Below, in pieces: positions 10,629 to 20,800 of a DNA stretch of 64,000 bases. Source of the DNA: Candidatus Cloacimonadales bacterium (lineage in GTDB: Bacteria; Cloacimonadota; Cloacimonadia; Cloacimonadales; JAIOQZ01); assembly GCA_963674825.1 (NCBI GenBank), contig OY771587.1:2432001-2496000 (forward strand), written 5' to 3'. The notes under the pieces were generated by a model, which did not search any database, was not told the origin of the DNA, and worked only from the letters and a program-made list of their open reading frames with translations. The stretch's first letter is position 1; the number at the start of each line of letters is the position of its first letter. A program made the translations under genes and the position numbers.

Positions 10629-10889
10629 CTATTCGTATTTGAAGTCCATGTGTTTGACGGAGATACCTTCGATAGCGTTGAGTTCGTTTTCGAGACTGTC
10701 CCAGATCGACTTTTCGCCGACCAGTTCGAGAATGAGAAGGCCGGTGCGGCTGCAGAAGGTTTCGCTGGTTTCGTGCAGTCCGAGACGTGTTTTAATGTTA
10801 CATCCGTATTTGGTGAGGATTTCCTGCGCTTTGGTTGCTTCAACGAGGCGATTCGTGACCAGAACGCCCATGATGCGGATTTCTTCCAT
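10629..10889 (-). CDS. TM1266-like (putative iron-only hydrogenase system regulator, ACT-like) small protein
   Basis: 86 aa; QEILTKYGCNIKTRLGLH...GLLILEL pattern is typical of this family. Confidence 0.75.
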   Translation of the reverse strand: MEEIRIMGVLVTNRLVEATKAQEILTKYGCNIKTRLGLHETSETFCSRTGLLILELVGEKSIWDSLENELNAIEGISVKHMDFKYE

Positions 10890-10961
10890 AACTCACTCCT
10901 TCGTGTGTTTGACTGGACAATGCAAACAAATCTTTCTATGTCAACAACTTTCTCGCAAAAT

Positions 10962-12497
10962 TCAAAGCAACGGCGAGAAGAGCCTGGATGCTGACTCGGC
11001 CATCTTGTGCAGCACATTGCGCTTCTGGAATACATCTGGGTCAACCTCGGTGGACTGACCGAAATCGACTTCGAACTGCTTCCGCATAGCCTGCGCGAAA
11101 TCGGGATCGTACACAATGGAATTGACCTCGAAATTGAGTAGCAGGCTACGCATATCGAAATTAGCTGTTCCGACAGACGTGATCTGATCATCGGTGAGGA
11201 TGACCTTAGCGTGAGTAAAACCGTTGTTGTAGAGGTATATCCTGACTCCCGCGCTCATGAGTTGGTCGAAATAAGAACGGTTACCGGACCACATCATCCA
11301 GTGCTCAGGGATAGCTGGAACAATGATGCGAACATCGACGCCGCTGAGCGAGGCTGTGCTGAGCGCGGTCAGCAAGCTTTCGTCGAGGATGAGGTAAGGT
11401 GTCGTGATCCAGATGTAATGCTCTGCGCTGGTTATCAGCATGAAATAGACTTGCTGGATATTCTCCCACTGGGTATCGGGACCGGATGTGACGGTCTGGA
11501 TATCGATCTGATTCTGGATATTGTGCGCAGGGAAATAGGCATCCAAGTCAAAGTGTTCGTTGCTGGCGAAAAACCAGTCGAGCAGGAACACTTTCTGAAG
11601 AGCATAGACGATGTCGCCCTCGGCCATCATGACGGTATCCCGCCAGTGACCATAGTGGCGATCGAGATCGTAGTATTTATCGCCGATATTGACCCCACCG
11701 ATGAATGCCTTTTTACCGTCGATAACCACGATTTTCCGGTGGTTCCGGTAGTTAACCCGGTGCGCGACAAGTCTGAACCGAACCGGGAAATACGGGACGA
11801 TTTGGATGCCAGCATGCTTGAGCTTTCCCACACGCCACGACCACAGCGTCCAGCTACCCACTGCATCGAAGATAACCCTTACTTCGACGCCTTCTCTGGC
11901 CTTCCGGGCAAGGAGTTCCAGTACCCGCATACCTGTCTGGTCCCACATGATACTGAACATCTCCATGTGGATGTGATGTTTGGCCTTCTCGATTTCTTTC
12001 ATCATGCTATCGATGGCCTCTTTTCCGCTGAATATCGTCTGAACCCGATTGTGAATGGCGATACCGGCTTTTGTGTGGTAATAGAGCAGCCGTGAGAGCT
12101 TGTTTTGTTCGAGTAGTATATTCTGTGCTTGTAGTGCTCCATGGGCGTCTGTAATGGGGGTGATGGCCTGGTTGATGCGGTCTTCGTCCTCTTTCATCTT
12201 TCGTGCGAAGAGGCGGCGTTTTCGGAAATTTACACCAAACACAAAGAATAGCACCACGCCAACGATAGGCAGAAAAACGAGGACTTGAATCCAGGCCAGG
12301 CTGCTTCGCGGATCACGATTTTCGCGGACGAGCGTGTAGATAATCGTAACGATTGTAATGGCGATGATAACATTGTAGATAATCAGCAGGATCTTTGCGG
12401 TAATGCTGTAATCAGCATCGGTGTTCCGGTTGATGAAAACCCATGTAATTGCCAGGATTAATAAAATAATGATTATCAAGCCAAGTACTCGCCGCAT
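10962..12497 (-). CDS. cls: Cardiolipin synthase
   Basis: N-terminal TM helices with a PLDc_N motif (ENRDPRSSLAW); two HKD motifs (HRKIVVID, HAKVILTD). Start set at ATG 12497 behind AGGTGG rather than 12542. Confidence 0.93.
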   Translation of the reverse strand: MRRVLGLIIIILLILAITWVFINRNTDADYSITAKILLIIYNVIIAITIVTIIYTLVRENRDPRSSLAWIQVLVFLPIVGVVLFFVFGVNFRKRRLFARKMKEDEDRINQAITPITDAHGALQAQNILLEQNKLSRLLYYHTKAGIAIHNRVQTIFSGKEAIDSMMKEIEKAKHHIHMEMFSIMWDQTGMRVLELLARKAREGVEVRVIFDAVGSWTLWSWRVGKLKHAGIQIVPYFPVRFRLVAHRVNYRNHRKIVVIDGKKAFIGGVNIGDKYYDLDRHYGHWRDTVMMAEGDIVYALQKVFLLDWFFASNEHFDLDAYFPAHNIQNQIDIQTVTSGPDTQWENIQQVYFMLITSAEHYIWITTPYLILDESLLTALSTASLSGVDVRIIVPAIPEHWMMWSGNRSYFDQLMSAGVRIYLYNNGFTHAKVILTDDQITSVGTANFDMRSLLLNFEVNSIVYDPDFAQAMRKQFEVDFGQSTEVDPDVFQKRNVLHKMAESASRLFSPLL

Positions 12498-12579
12498 TGT
12501 TCCACCTTGACAAAGCCAGTGTTGTTGATTTCCCTGTTTCAATGTGAAATTTACGTAAGCTTACTGAGTGGAGTAAAAC

Positions 12580-13461
12580 ATGGCAACTAAAAAATCTGCA
12601 ATTGTAGTGCTGGGTGGAGGAGCTGCCCGTGGATATGCTCATATCGGCGTTCTGGAAGTAATCGAGGCCGAGTATAAAATCGAGGGAATCATCGGAACCA
12701 GTATGGGTTCGATCATCGGCGGACTCTACGCTTGCGGTTATCGGACAGATGAGATCCTCGAGATCGCGAACGATATCGATGCCCTCGATTATCTTTCCTA
12801 CCTGAAGATGGATGTCGTGCGGGGCGGTTTGGTGCGACGCGCCAAGCTACACAAGTACCTCTCCGAGTTGACTCACAACATCAAGATCGAAAACATGCGC
12901 ATCCCATTCCGCACGCTCGCGTTCGACTTGGTCAGCCGTAAGTCGATCCTCTTCGATCAGGGCGATCTTGCCAGCGCGATGATATCCTCCAGTTCGTTGC
13001 CGTTTATCTTCAAGCCCTACGAATACGGTGGTTACGAGTTTGTGGACGGCGGTATCCAACACCCGCTTCCAGTCGAGTTTATCGGGTTGTTCGATAAACC
13101 CAGACATGTGATCGCGGTAAATGTATTACCTCCCATCGAACTCCAGGCTGCGCGAATCGACATCGAAAAGACGCTGTTCCAAAGCGATCGAGCTCAAACA
13201 TCCTTCTACCAGGGAATTCGATCCACCGAGTACATGCAGGCTTTCCTCTCCAGGCGCTCGATCGAGCACACCAAGCCGGATATCCTAATCTCTGCTTACA
13301 GCGAAGAGCTTGAGGGTTGGGACTTCAATAAGGCCGATGAATTCTATCAACTGGGACTAGACGCAGCCCAAGAGCAGCTCGAAAGCAAGAGAGACACCGT
13401 CGCGCAGTTCCTCAAGAATCCCGACCACGTAATCGACTACCTCAAGGAACTCCTGCGCTGA
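12580..13461 (+). CDS. Patatin-like phospholipase (RssA/NTE family)
   Basis: GGGAARGYAHIG, GTSMG nucleophile elbow and DGG motif. Confidence 0.92.
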   Translation: MATKKSAIVVLGGGAARGYAHIGVLEVIEAEYKIEGIIGTSMGSIIGGLYACGYRTDEILEIANDIDALDYLSYLKMDVVRGGLVRRAKLHKYLSELTHNIKIENMRIPFRTLAFDLVSRKSILFDQGDLASAMISSSSLPFIFKPYEYGGYEFVDGGIQHPLPVEFIGLFDKPRHVIAVNVLPPIELQAARIDIEKTLFQSDRAQTSFYQGIRSTEYMQAFLSRRSIEHTKPDILISAYSEELEGWDFNKADEFYQLGLDAAQEQLESKRDTVAQFLKNPDHVIDYLKELLR

Positions 13462-13588
13462 GGAAATGCGTTCGCAATACGGGAGGGTGGGAAGCTGGTC
13501 GTGTTTTGGAATCGGATTTGCCAAGCTAGCATAGCAAATCCGATTCGAAAACAAAGCCAGCGGGACCGCTGCTCCCGAACGCATTTCC
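13462..13588. repeat. 127-nt nested inverted repeat (rod-like hairpin), function unknown
   Basis: Nested pairings GGAAATGCGTTC/GAACGCATTTCC, GGGAG/CTCCC, GCTGG/CCAGC, GTTTT/AAAAC and GAATCGGATTTGC/GCAAATCCGATTC. Confidence 0.75.
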
Positions 13589-13681
13589 GTAACCATGAAC
13601 CAAATGCAGGAAAAAGAATTACTTGACCTCCACGGGGCTGAATAGATGGTTGCCGTCACGAAGGGACTTGGAGCATCAAGC

Positions 13682-15577
13682 ATGGTAATGGTTACCCTTG
13701 AAAAGCTGACGAAGCGATATCCCGGCAAGACACTTTTCGAGGATGCCAATCTGGGCATTGAGAAGGGTGACAGGATCGGCCTGATCGGCGAGAACGGTTG
13801 CGGTAAAAGCACGTTTCTCAAGATCCTCATGGGCGCAGAGCCAGCCGATTCCGGCTCTATCGTCTTCCGCTCCGGCATCAAGACAGGCTACCTGCCGCAG
13901 GTCCCCAGCCTCGATCCCAACAAAACAATCTTCGAGCAGATATATTACAGCGATCATGAGCACTTCCGCGTTTTGCGACAATTTCATGACCTGACAACAC
14001 GACTGGCAAAAAAACCCAGCGATGCCCTCATGAAGCAGCATCAAGAGCTGATGCATGACATGGAAGCGCGTGATATATGGTCTATCGAGACAAAAGCGAG
14101 AAGCCTTCTGACCCGCTTCGGTTTCGACGACCTCGACCGCAATACTGCCAACCTCTCCGGTGGCGAAAAGCGCCGCATTGATATGGCGCGTGTGCTACTC
14201 GACGAACCCGATTTCCTCGCGCTCGACGAGCCAACCAACCACCTCGATATCGACACCATCGAGTGGCTGCAAGACTACATGAAAAGCTATCAGGGAACCA
14301 TGATTTTCGTGACCCACGACCGCTACTTTCTGGACGATGTCTGCAACCGCATTTTCGAGATCGACAATGGTCAGCTCAGGATTTATCCCGATAACTACTC
14401 CGGTTACCTGAAACGCAAGGAACTGGAACTCATAGACATTCAACGCAAGGAGACTCGCCGCAAAGCACAGCTTCAGAAGGAAATGAAGTGGCTGCAACGT
14501 GGGGCCAAAGCCAGGTCTTCCAAGCCTAAGGATCACATCGATCGCGTAAAAGAACTCCTCGATAAATCATACCTCTCCGAAGATCGCGAACTGGAAATAT
14601 CGTTCCGCGAGCATCGCTTGGGTAAGACGATTCTCGAGGCAGGAGATATCACAAAATCTTACGACAAAGAACTCTTCAAGGACTTCTCGCATATCTTCCA
14701 GAAGCGTGAACGAATCGGCATCATCGGCCCCAACGGCAGTGGCAAGACGACCCTTCTACGCATTCTGCTGGGAACCGAAGAGCCCGACAGCGGCAAGGTC
14801 AAACTGGGCGTGAACACCAAGTTCGCCGTACTCGACCAGGAATCGAAGGAATTCGAGAAGGACATCACGGTGCTCGACTACATCCGTGAGGAAGCGGATC
14901 GCATTCGCACCGCAGATGGCACGCTTCTTTCGGCCTCCGAAATGCTTGAACGCTTTCGGTTTGACGGCAAGATGCAGCAGTCCAAGCTTTTCTCGCTATC
15001 CGGTGGTGAACGGAAGCGACTCGCCCTCATGAAATCGCTGATGTTCGGTGCGAATTTCGTGGTGCTGGACGAACCCACCAACGACCTCGACATCCAGACG
15101 CTAGAGGTGCTGGAAGACTACCTGGACGCTTTCCGGGGATGCCTACTGACCGTCTCGCATGACCGCTATTTCCTCGACCGGATCGTAGATTATCTGTTTG
15201 TGTTTACCGAAAACGCCGAGGGCGGAACCGAGATTCGGAAATTCCCCGGAAATTACTCGGACTATTATCTGGTGAAAAGATATCAGGATGACGAGAAACA
15301 GGAAATCCAGAAGCGCGGGAAACCGGTACAAACCCGGCGGCATGAGGATAACACGGGACGTCTGAGTTATAAGGATGAGCGAAGAGTTTCCGAGATTGAA
15401 AAAAGCATTGACGAATTGGAAAGAAAGAAAAAAGAGTTGGATTTCAAACTCACCGAGTGCTCATCTGATCTTAAGCCTCGGGATTTTATAGAGATAAATG
15501 ATCAATTGGCGGAGATTGGGGTGAGTCTTGAACAGTTGATGGAAGAATGGATGGAAATCGAAAATAAAAGGAACTAA
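13682..15577 (+). CDS. ABC-F family ATP-binding protein (Uup-like) with C-terminal coiled coil
   Basis: Two ABC domains (GENGCGKST, GPNGSGKTT; LDEPTNHLD, LDEPTNDLD), linker WLQRGAKAR, no TM helices. Start set at ATG 13682 behind GGAG. Confidence 0.92.
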   Translation: MVMVTLEKLTKRYPGKTLFEDANLGIEKGDRIGLIGENGCGKSTFLKILMGAEPADSGSIVFRSGIKTGYLPQVPSLDPNKTIFEQIYYSDHEHFRVLRQFHDLTTRLAKKPSDALMKQHQELMHDMEARDIWSIETKARSLLTRFGFDDLDRNTANLSGGEKRRIDMARVLLDEPDFLALDEPTNHLDIDTIEWLQDYMKSYQGTMIFVTHDRYFLDDVCNRIFEIDNGQLRIYPDNYSGYLKRKELELIDIQRKETRRKAQLQKEMKWLQRGAKARSSKPKDHIDRVKELLDKSYLSEDRELEISFREHRLGKTILEAGDITKSYDKELFKDFSHIFQKRERIGIIGPNGSGKTTLLRILLGTEEPDSGKVKLGVNTKFAVLDQESKEFEKDITVLDYIREEADRIRTADGTLLSASEMLERFRFDGKMQQSKLFSLSGGERKRLALMKSLMFGANFVVLDEPTNDLDIQTLEVLEDYLDAFRGCLLTVSHDRYFLDRIVDYLFVFTENAEGGTEIRKFPGNYSDYYLVKRYQDDEKQEIQKRGKPVQTRRHEDNTGRLSYKDERRVSEIEKSIDELERKKKELDFKLTECSSDLKPRDFIEINDQLAEIGVSLEQLMEEWMEIENKRN

Positions 15578-15593
15578 GCAGAGGGAGTTATTT

Positions 15594-16055
15594 ATGGACC
15601 AAAAAAGACCGGAAATCGATGCGATCATCGACCGCTATCACGGCAAGAAAGGTGTGCTGATTCCGCTGCTGCAGGATGTCCAGAAGTTGGAAGGTTACCT
15701 TTCCAGGGATTCGATGCAGTACGTTTCGAAGCACACGGGTGTTCATCTCGCTGATATTTTCGGTGTCGCCACCTTCTACACCATGTTTCGCCTGAAACCG
15801 CAGGGGAAACACGTTGTTCGCGTGTGCAAGGGTACGGCATGTCACGTATCCGGTGCGAATCTGATTACAGAAGCAATCAGAAGCGAACTGGGATTGAAGA
15901 AGGATGAAGACACCACGGATGACGGAAACTTCACGTTGATGGAAGTGGCGTGCCTCGGCTGCTGCAGTCTGGCACCCGTAATCATGGTAGATGATACCAC
16001 CCATGGAAAGCTGACGCCGGACAAAGTCGGCGGCGTCCTGGCGAAGTACAAGTAG
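15594..16055 (+). CDS. nuoE: NuoE/HydC-like [2Fe-2S] subunit (StnA/BfuC-like)
   Basis: VCKGTACHV...ACLGCCSLAP thioredoxin-like 2Fe-2S motif; GVATFY. Confidence 0.92.
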   Translation: MDQKRPEIDAIIDRYHGKKGVLIPLLQDVQKLEGYLSRDSMQYVSKHTGVHLADIFGVATFYTMFRLKPQGKHVVRVCKGTACHVSGANLITEAIRSELGLKKDEDTTDDGNFTLMEVACLGCCSLAPVIMVDDTTHGKLTPDKVGGVLAKYK

Positions 16056-16071
16056 ATCTTAGGAGGATAGT

Positions 16072-17838
16072 TTGAGTCAGCTAATGATCAAAGTCGGAAT
16101 GGCGAGCTGCGGAGTAGCGGCTGGCGCTGGCGATGTCTGGAAAGCGATCGAAGAATACATGGCGAATAACGCTCCTGACGTAACGCTGGAAAAGACCGGT
16201 TGTATCGGAATGTGTTCTTACGAACCGCTGGTAGAGATGAAGTCTGCCGGTAAAGATATGATTACGTATGGCAACATCACCGCGGAAGAAGTTATCACCG
16301 CGATTGAAGCCCATCTCAATAATGACGCCGAGAAACTCGAATCTGTCGCGAAACGTATTATTCCTCGCGTCGAGACTCTCGATAAGCAATCCCGTATCGT
16401 TCTGCGCAACACAGGTATCATCGATCCTACATCGATTGACGAATACCTTGCGAACGACGGCTATAAAGCTCTTGAAAAAGCTTTGAAGAACATGACCCGT
16501 GAACAGGTGATCGATGAAATCAAGGCATCGGGCCTGCGCGGTCGTGGTGGAGCTGGTTTCCCAACCGGTCTCAAATGGCAATTCGCATATCAGGCGAAAG
16601 ACGACAAGAAATACATCGTCTGTAACGCGGACGAAGGCGATCCGGGCGCATTCATGGACCGTAGCGTTCTCGAAGGCGATCCCCACAGCGTGATCGAAGG
16701 TATGATCATCGGTGCATACGCAATCGGAGCCGACGAAGGCTACATCTACTGCCGTGCCGAGTACCCCATGGCGATCCGCCACCTGCTCATTGCCCTTGAA
16801 GCAGCCGAGAAACTCGGATATCTTGGCAAGAACATCATGGGAACCGGGTACAACTTCGAACTGCACATCAAGGAAGGCGCAGGCGCATTCGTGTGTGGCG
16901 AGGAAACAGCCCTGATGGCATCGATCGAAGGCAAGCGCGGTATGCCGCGTATCCGTCCTCCGTTCCCGGCACAGTCCGGTCTCTGGGGACATCCCACCAA
17001 TATTAACAACGTAGAGACCTTCGCGAATATCGCCTGGATCATCAACAACGGCGCTGCCAAGTATGCCAGCCTCGGAACCGAGAAGAGCAAGGGCACCAAG
17101 GTGTTCGCGCTTGCCGGTAAGATCAAGCACGCCGGCCTGGTGGAAGTTCCGATGGGAACTCCGCTTCGCGACGTGATCTACGAAGTTGGCGGCGGCATGC
17201 TCACCGAGAAGCCGTTCAAAGCCGTTCAGCTTGGCGGACCTTCGGGCGGTTGCGTTCCGAAGGAACTGCTCGACACCATCGTCGATTACGATTCCATCAC
17301 CAAAACGGGCGCTATCATGGGTTCCGGCGGTATGGTCGTCATGGACGAAAGCACCTGTATGGTCGATATCGCAAAGTTCTTCCTCAATTTCACCCAGAAC
17401 GAATCCTGCGGAAAGTGTACTTTCTGCCGCGTGGGAACCAAGCGCATGCTTGAAATCCTCCAACGCATCACCGAAGGTAAAGGCGAGATGGAAGACATCG
17501 ACAAGCTGTATGAGCTTTCCGAAAACATTCGCAAGACCTCTCTTTGCGGTCTGGGACAGACAGCCCCCAACCCGGTGCTGACCACCCTGCGCTATTTCAA
17601 ACATGAATACATTGCTCACATTCAGGACAAGAAATGCCCGGCGGGAGCTTGCCAAGCACTCATCAAGTTCGAAATCGATCCTGACAAGTGCGTCGGCTGT
17701 ACGCTTTGCGCACGCAGATGCCCTGTGAACGCCATTACCGGAACCGTCAAGCAACCGCACGTGATCGATCAGGACGCCTGTATCGGTTGCGGAGCCTGCG
17801 AAGCGGCATGTAAATTCGGCGCAGTGATTAAATCATAG
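16072..17838 (+). CDS. nuoF: NuoF/HydB-like FMN/NAD(H) subunit with Fe-S domains (StnB/BfuB-like)
   Basis: GLRGRGGAGFPTGLKW, NADEGDPGAFMDR, GAFVCGEET, GGPSGG, SCGKCTFCR and a C-terminal 2x[4Fe-4S] domain; TTG start behind AGGAGG. Confidence 0.93.
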   Translation: MSQLMIKVGMASCGVAAGAGDVWKAIEEYMANNAPDVTLEKTGCIGMCSYEPLVEMKSAGKDMITYGNITAEEVITAIEAHLNNDAEKLESVAKRIIPRVETLDKQSRIVLRNTGIIDPTSIDEYLANDGYKALEKALKNMTREQVIDEIKASGLRGRGGAGFPTGLKWQFAYQAKDDKKYIVCNADEGDPGAFMDRSVLEGDPHSVIEGMIIGAYAIGADEGYIYCRAEYPMAIRHLLIALEAAEKLGYLGKNIMGTGYNFELHIKEGAGAFVCGEETALMASIEGKRGMPRIRPPFPAQSGLWGHPTNINNVETFANIAWIINNGAAKYASLGTEKSKGTKVFALAGKIKHAGLVEVPMGTPLRDVIYEVGGGMLTEKPFKAVQLGGPSGGCVPKELLDTIVDYDSITKTGAIMGSGGMVVMDESTCMVDIAKFFLNFTQNESCGKCTFCRVGTKRMLEILQRITEGKGEMEDIDKLYELSENIRKTSLCGLGQTAPNPVLTTLRYFKHEYIAHIQDKKCPAGACQALIKFEIDPDKCVGCTLCARRCPVNAITGTVKQPHVIDQDACIGCGACEAACKFGAVIKS

Positions 17839-17849
17839 GAGAGTGGATC

Positions 17850-20800
17850 ATGATAAAAATCAAACTCAACAACAGAGAAATCATCACCGAAGCCGGTAAG
17901 ACTATATTGGAAGTCGCGCAGGAAAACGGAATCAAGATCCCAACCCTGTGCCATGATCCCGAACTCCAGCCCTACGGATCCTGCTGGGTCTGCGCTGTCG
18001 AAGTAAAAGGCGCTCGCGGATTCGTGACCGCTTGCGGTACCCGCGTCAGCGATGGCATGGAAGTTCAAACAGATACCAAGGAAGTTCACGCTGCGCGCAA
18101 GATGGCGCTCGAACTGCTGGTGTCCGACCACTACGCAGACTGCGAAGCCCCGTGCTCGGTCGCATGCCCGGATCACGTGGACATCCAGACCTACGTTGCT
18201 CATATCGCAAACGGTGATTACCACGAAGCGGTTCGCGTCATAAAGGAAAAGCTGCCGATGCCGCTTTCCATCGGACGCGTATGCCCGGCTTTCTGCGAAT
18301 CGGAATGCCGCCGCAAAATCGTTGACGAACCCATCGCTATTCGTCAGCTCAAGCGTCACGCTGCCGACTTCGATCTAGACGACTACTGGACATACGTTCC
18401 GGAGAAGATGCCCGAGACCGGTAACAAGGTCGCGATCGTCGGTGCCGGTCCTTCCGGCCTTACCTGCGGTTACTACCTCAGCAACGAAGGTCACGACGTA
18501 ACCGTTTTCGAAGCCTCTCCCAAAGCGGGTGGCTGGCTTCGGTACGGTATCCCGGAATACCGCCTGCCCAAGGCGATCCTCGATAAAGAAATCGAGCTGA
18601 TGTGTGCCAACGGCATGGAAATCAAATACAATGTGAAGATCGGCGAAGAGATCACCATGCAGCAACTCTGCACGGAATACGACGCCGTCTATCTGGCGCT
18701 GGGCGCACAGAACGCAGTTCCGATGCGTGTGACCGGAGCCGACCTCAATGGCGTCCTGCTGGGTGTCGATTTCCTCAAGGATTTCGTGCTCGGTAAGGAA
18801 ATCAACGTCGGCAAGAAAGTCGCTATCATCGGTGGTGGTAACACCGCTGTTGACTGTGCCAGAACCAGCCGTCGTCTCGGTGCCGACGTCACCATCGTTT
18901 ACCGCCGTACCCGCAAGGAAATGCCGGCGGAAGAGTATGAAGTCGATGCAGCGGACGAGGAAGGAATCAAGTTCTACATGCTGACCAATCCCGTGGAATT
19001 CCTGGGCGAAGACGGCCAGCTGAAGAAAGTGAAATTCGAGAAGATGGAACTGGGAGAACCGGACAGCAGCGGACGCCGTCGTCCTGTTCCGACCGGTGAA
19101 TACTTCGAAGAAGAGTTCGATACCGTGATCGCAGCGATTTCGCAGGCTCCGGACGTCGATTTCTTCGCGAAAGAAGAGAACTACGTCGATGGACGTCAGA
19201 TGCCGCTTACCCGCTGGCAGACTGCTGAAGTCGATGAAAATACCATGTACCTCGGATACGGTAACGTATTCGCCGGTGGCGACTTCCGCAGAGGTCCCGC
19301 AACCGCGATTGAAGCGATAGCCGATGGCCGTATCGCGTTCGAGCAGATCGATCGTTATCTGATGGGTCTGGAAATCGAAGCAGATAAGCCGAAATTCGAC
19401 AGCAAGAAAGAGAAGAAGCTTGCCGACGTATCACCGGAAGAATACGAACAGTACGAAAAGAAGCCTCGTGCCAAGATGCCGGAACTGGAAGCCGAAGTTC
19501 GCGCGACCAATTTCGAAGAAGTCGAAACAGGCTTTGTGGATGAAGACGCGCGCGCCGAAGCCGAGCGCTGCCTCGAATGCGGCTGCCAGGTCAATTCGAG
19601 CTGTGTGCTGCGCCAGTACTGTACTGATTACGAAGTGGACGTCGATCTGTTTGCCGGTTCCAAGAACAAGCATCCGATCGATCACAGCCACCCGTTCATC
19701 CTTCGCGACGCCAACAAGTGCGTCAACTGCGGTCGCTGTATCCGCACCTGCTCCGAGATTCAGGGCGCAGGCGTTCTGGGATACATCTTCCGTGGCTTCT
19801 CCAGCCTCGTAGCGCCGGAATTTGGCGAGAGCCTGACCTACACCACCTGCGAATCGTGCGGTAAGTGCGTCGCGGTGTGTCCGGTAGGCGCTCTCACCGA
19901 GCGTCAGGTCAACTACAAACTGCATCCGCATCCGGGTGAGAAATTCATCCAGAGCTGCGGTAACTGCGGCGTCGGCTGTACCATCGAAGTCAACACGCAG
20001 GTCGATCGCGTAGCCTTCATTCAGACTCCGGAAGAGGAAGGCTTCAATGGCCGCAATCTTTGCTTTAAGGGCAGATTCGGCTGGCAGGTCTTCGAAGATG
20101 ATGAGAAGCTCACCGAGCCGCTTCTTCGTAAAGATGGCAAGTACGAACCCATCTCTTGGATCGATGCGATGGAAGTCCTTCGCGAGAACCTCGAAAAGGC
20201 CGAGAACAGGTCGATCTATATCAGTGCGGACACAACCAACGAAGAGATGCTTCTGATGCAGGAAGTCGCGATGAACATCGAAGCGGAGATTGGCTCTATG
20301 TCGCTCATTCCTGACTTCACGGACGACATCGTGATGTACCATCGCTACCGTAAATCGTTCACCGAGATGGATGACGCTGAAGCGATCGTGATCGTTGGCG
20401 AGGTCAGCCACACACTGCGCACACTGGCACGTACCCAGCAGCGTAAGGGCAAAAAGCTCATCCTGATCAACAACAGCGATGCCGACTTCAACAACTTCGC
20501 GGATGCACACATCAAGGGCGAGGACTTCGACAAGGCTCTGGACGGTCTCTGCCAGAACAACTGCTGCTGCGACGACTGCCACTGTGGCGGTTCCGACAAG
20601 ATCGAACTCGATCTGCCGAATCGCACGCTGTTCTTCTACGACCGCACCGAACTTGGCGAAGATGTGATCCACAAAATCTGGACCGTTGCCACAGCTACCT
20701 GTAGCTTCGGCAAGGGCTCCGGCGTGATCCCGACCTCCAAATGGATGAACCTCAACGGTCTGATCCGCCTCGGATTCCAGCCGATGCCGGCGATCCAGGC

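Noticed and set aside
10616..11191. 191-aa and 168-aa ORFs around the TM1266-like gene
   Set aside because: They overlap cls and the 86-aa gene, which has a clear family signature, RBS and terminator.
16081..17760. 559-aa minus-strand ORF
   Set aside because: It lies wholly antisense to the nuoF-like gene with no recognisable domain; a shadow ORF caused by codon bias. The same applies to 19431-20672, 11211-12095 and 25043-25930.
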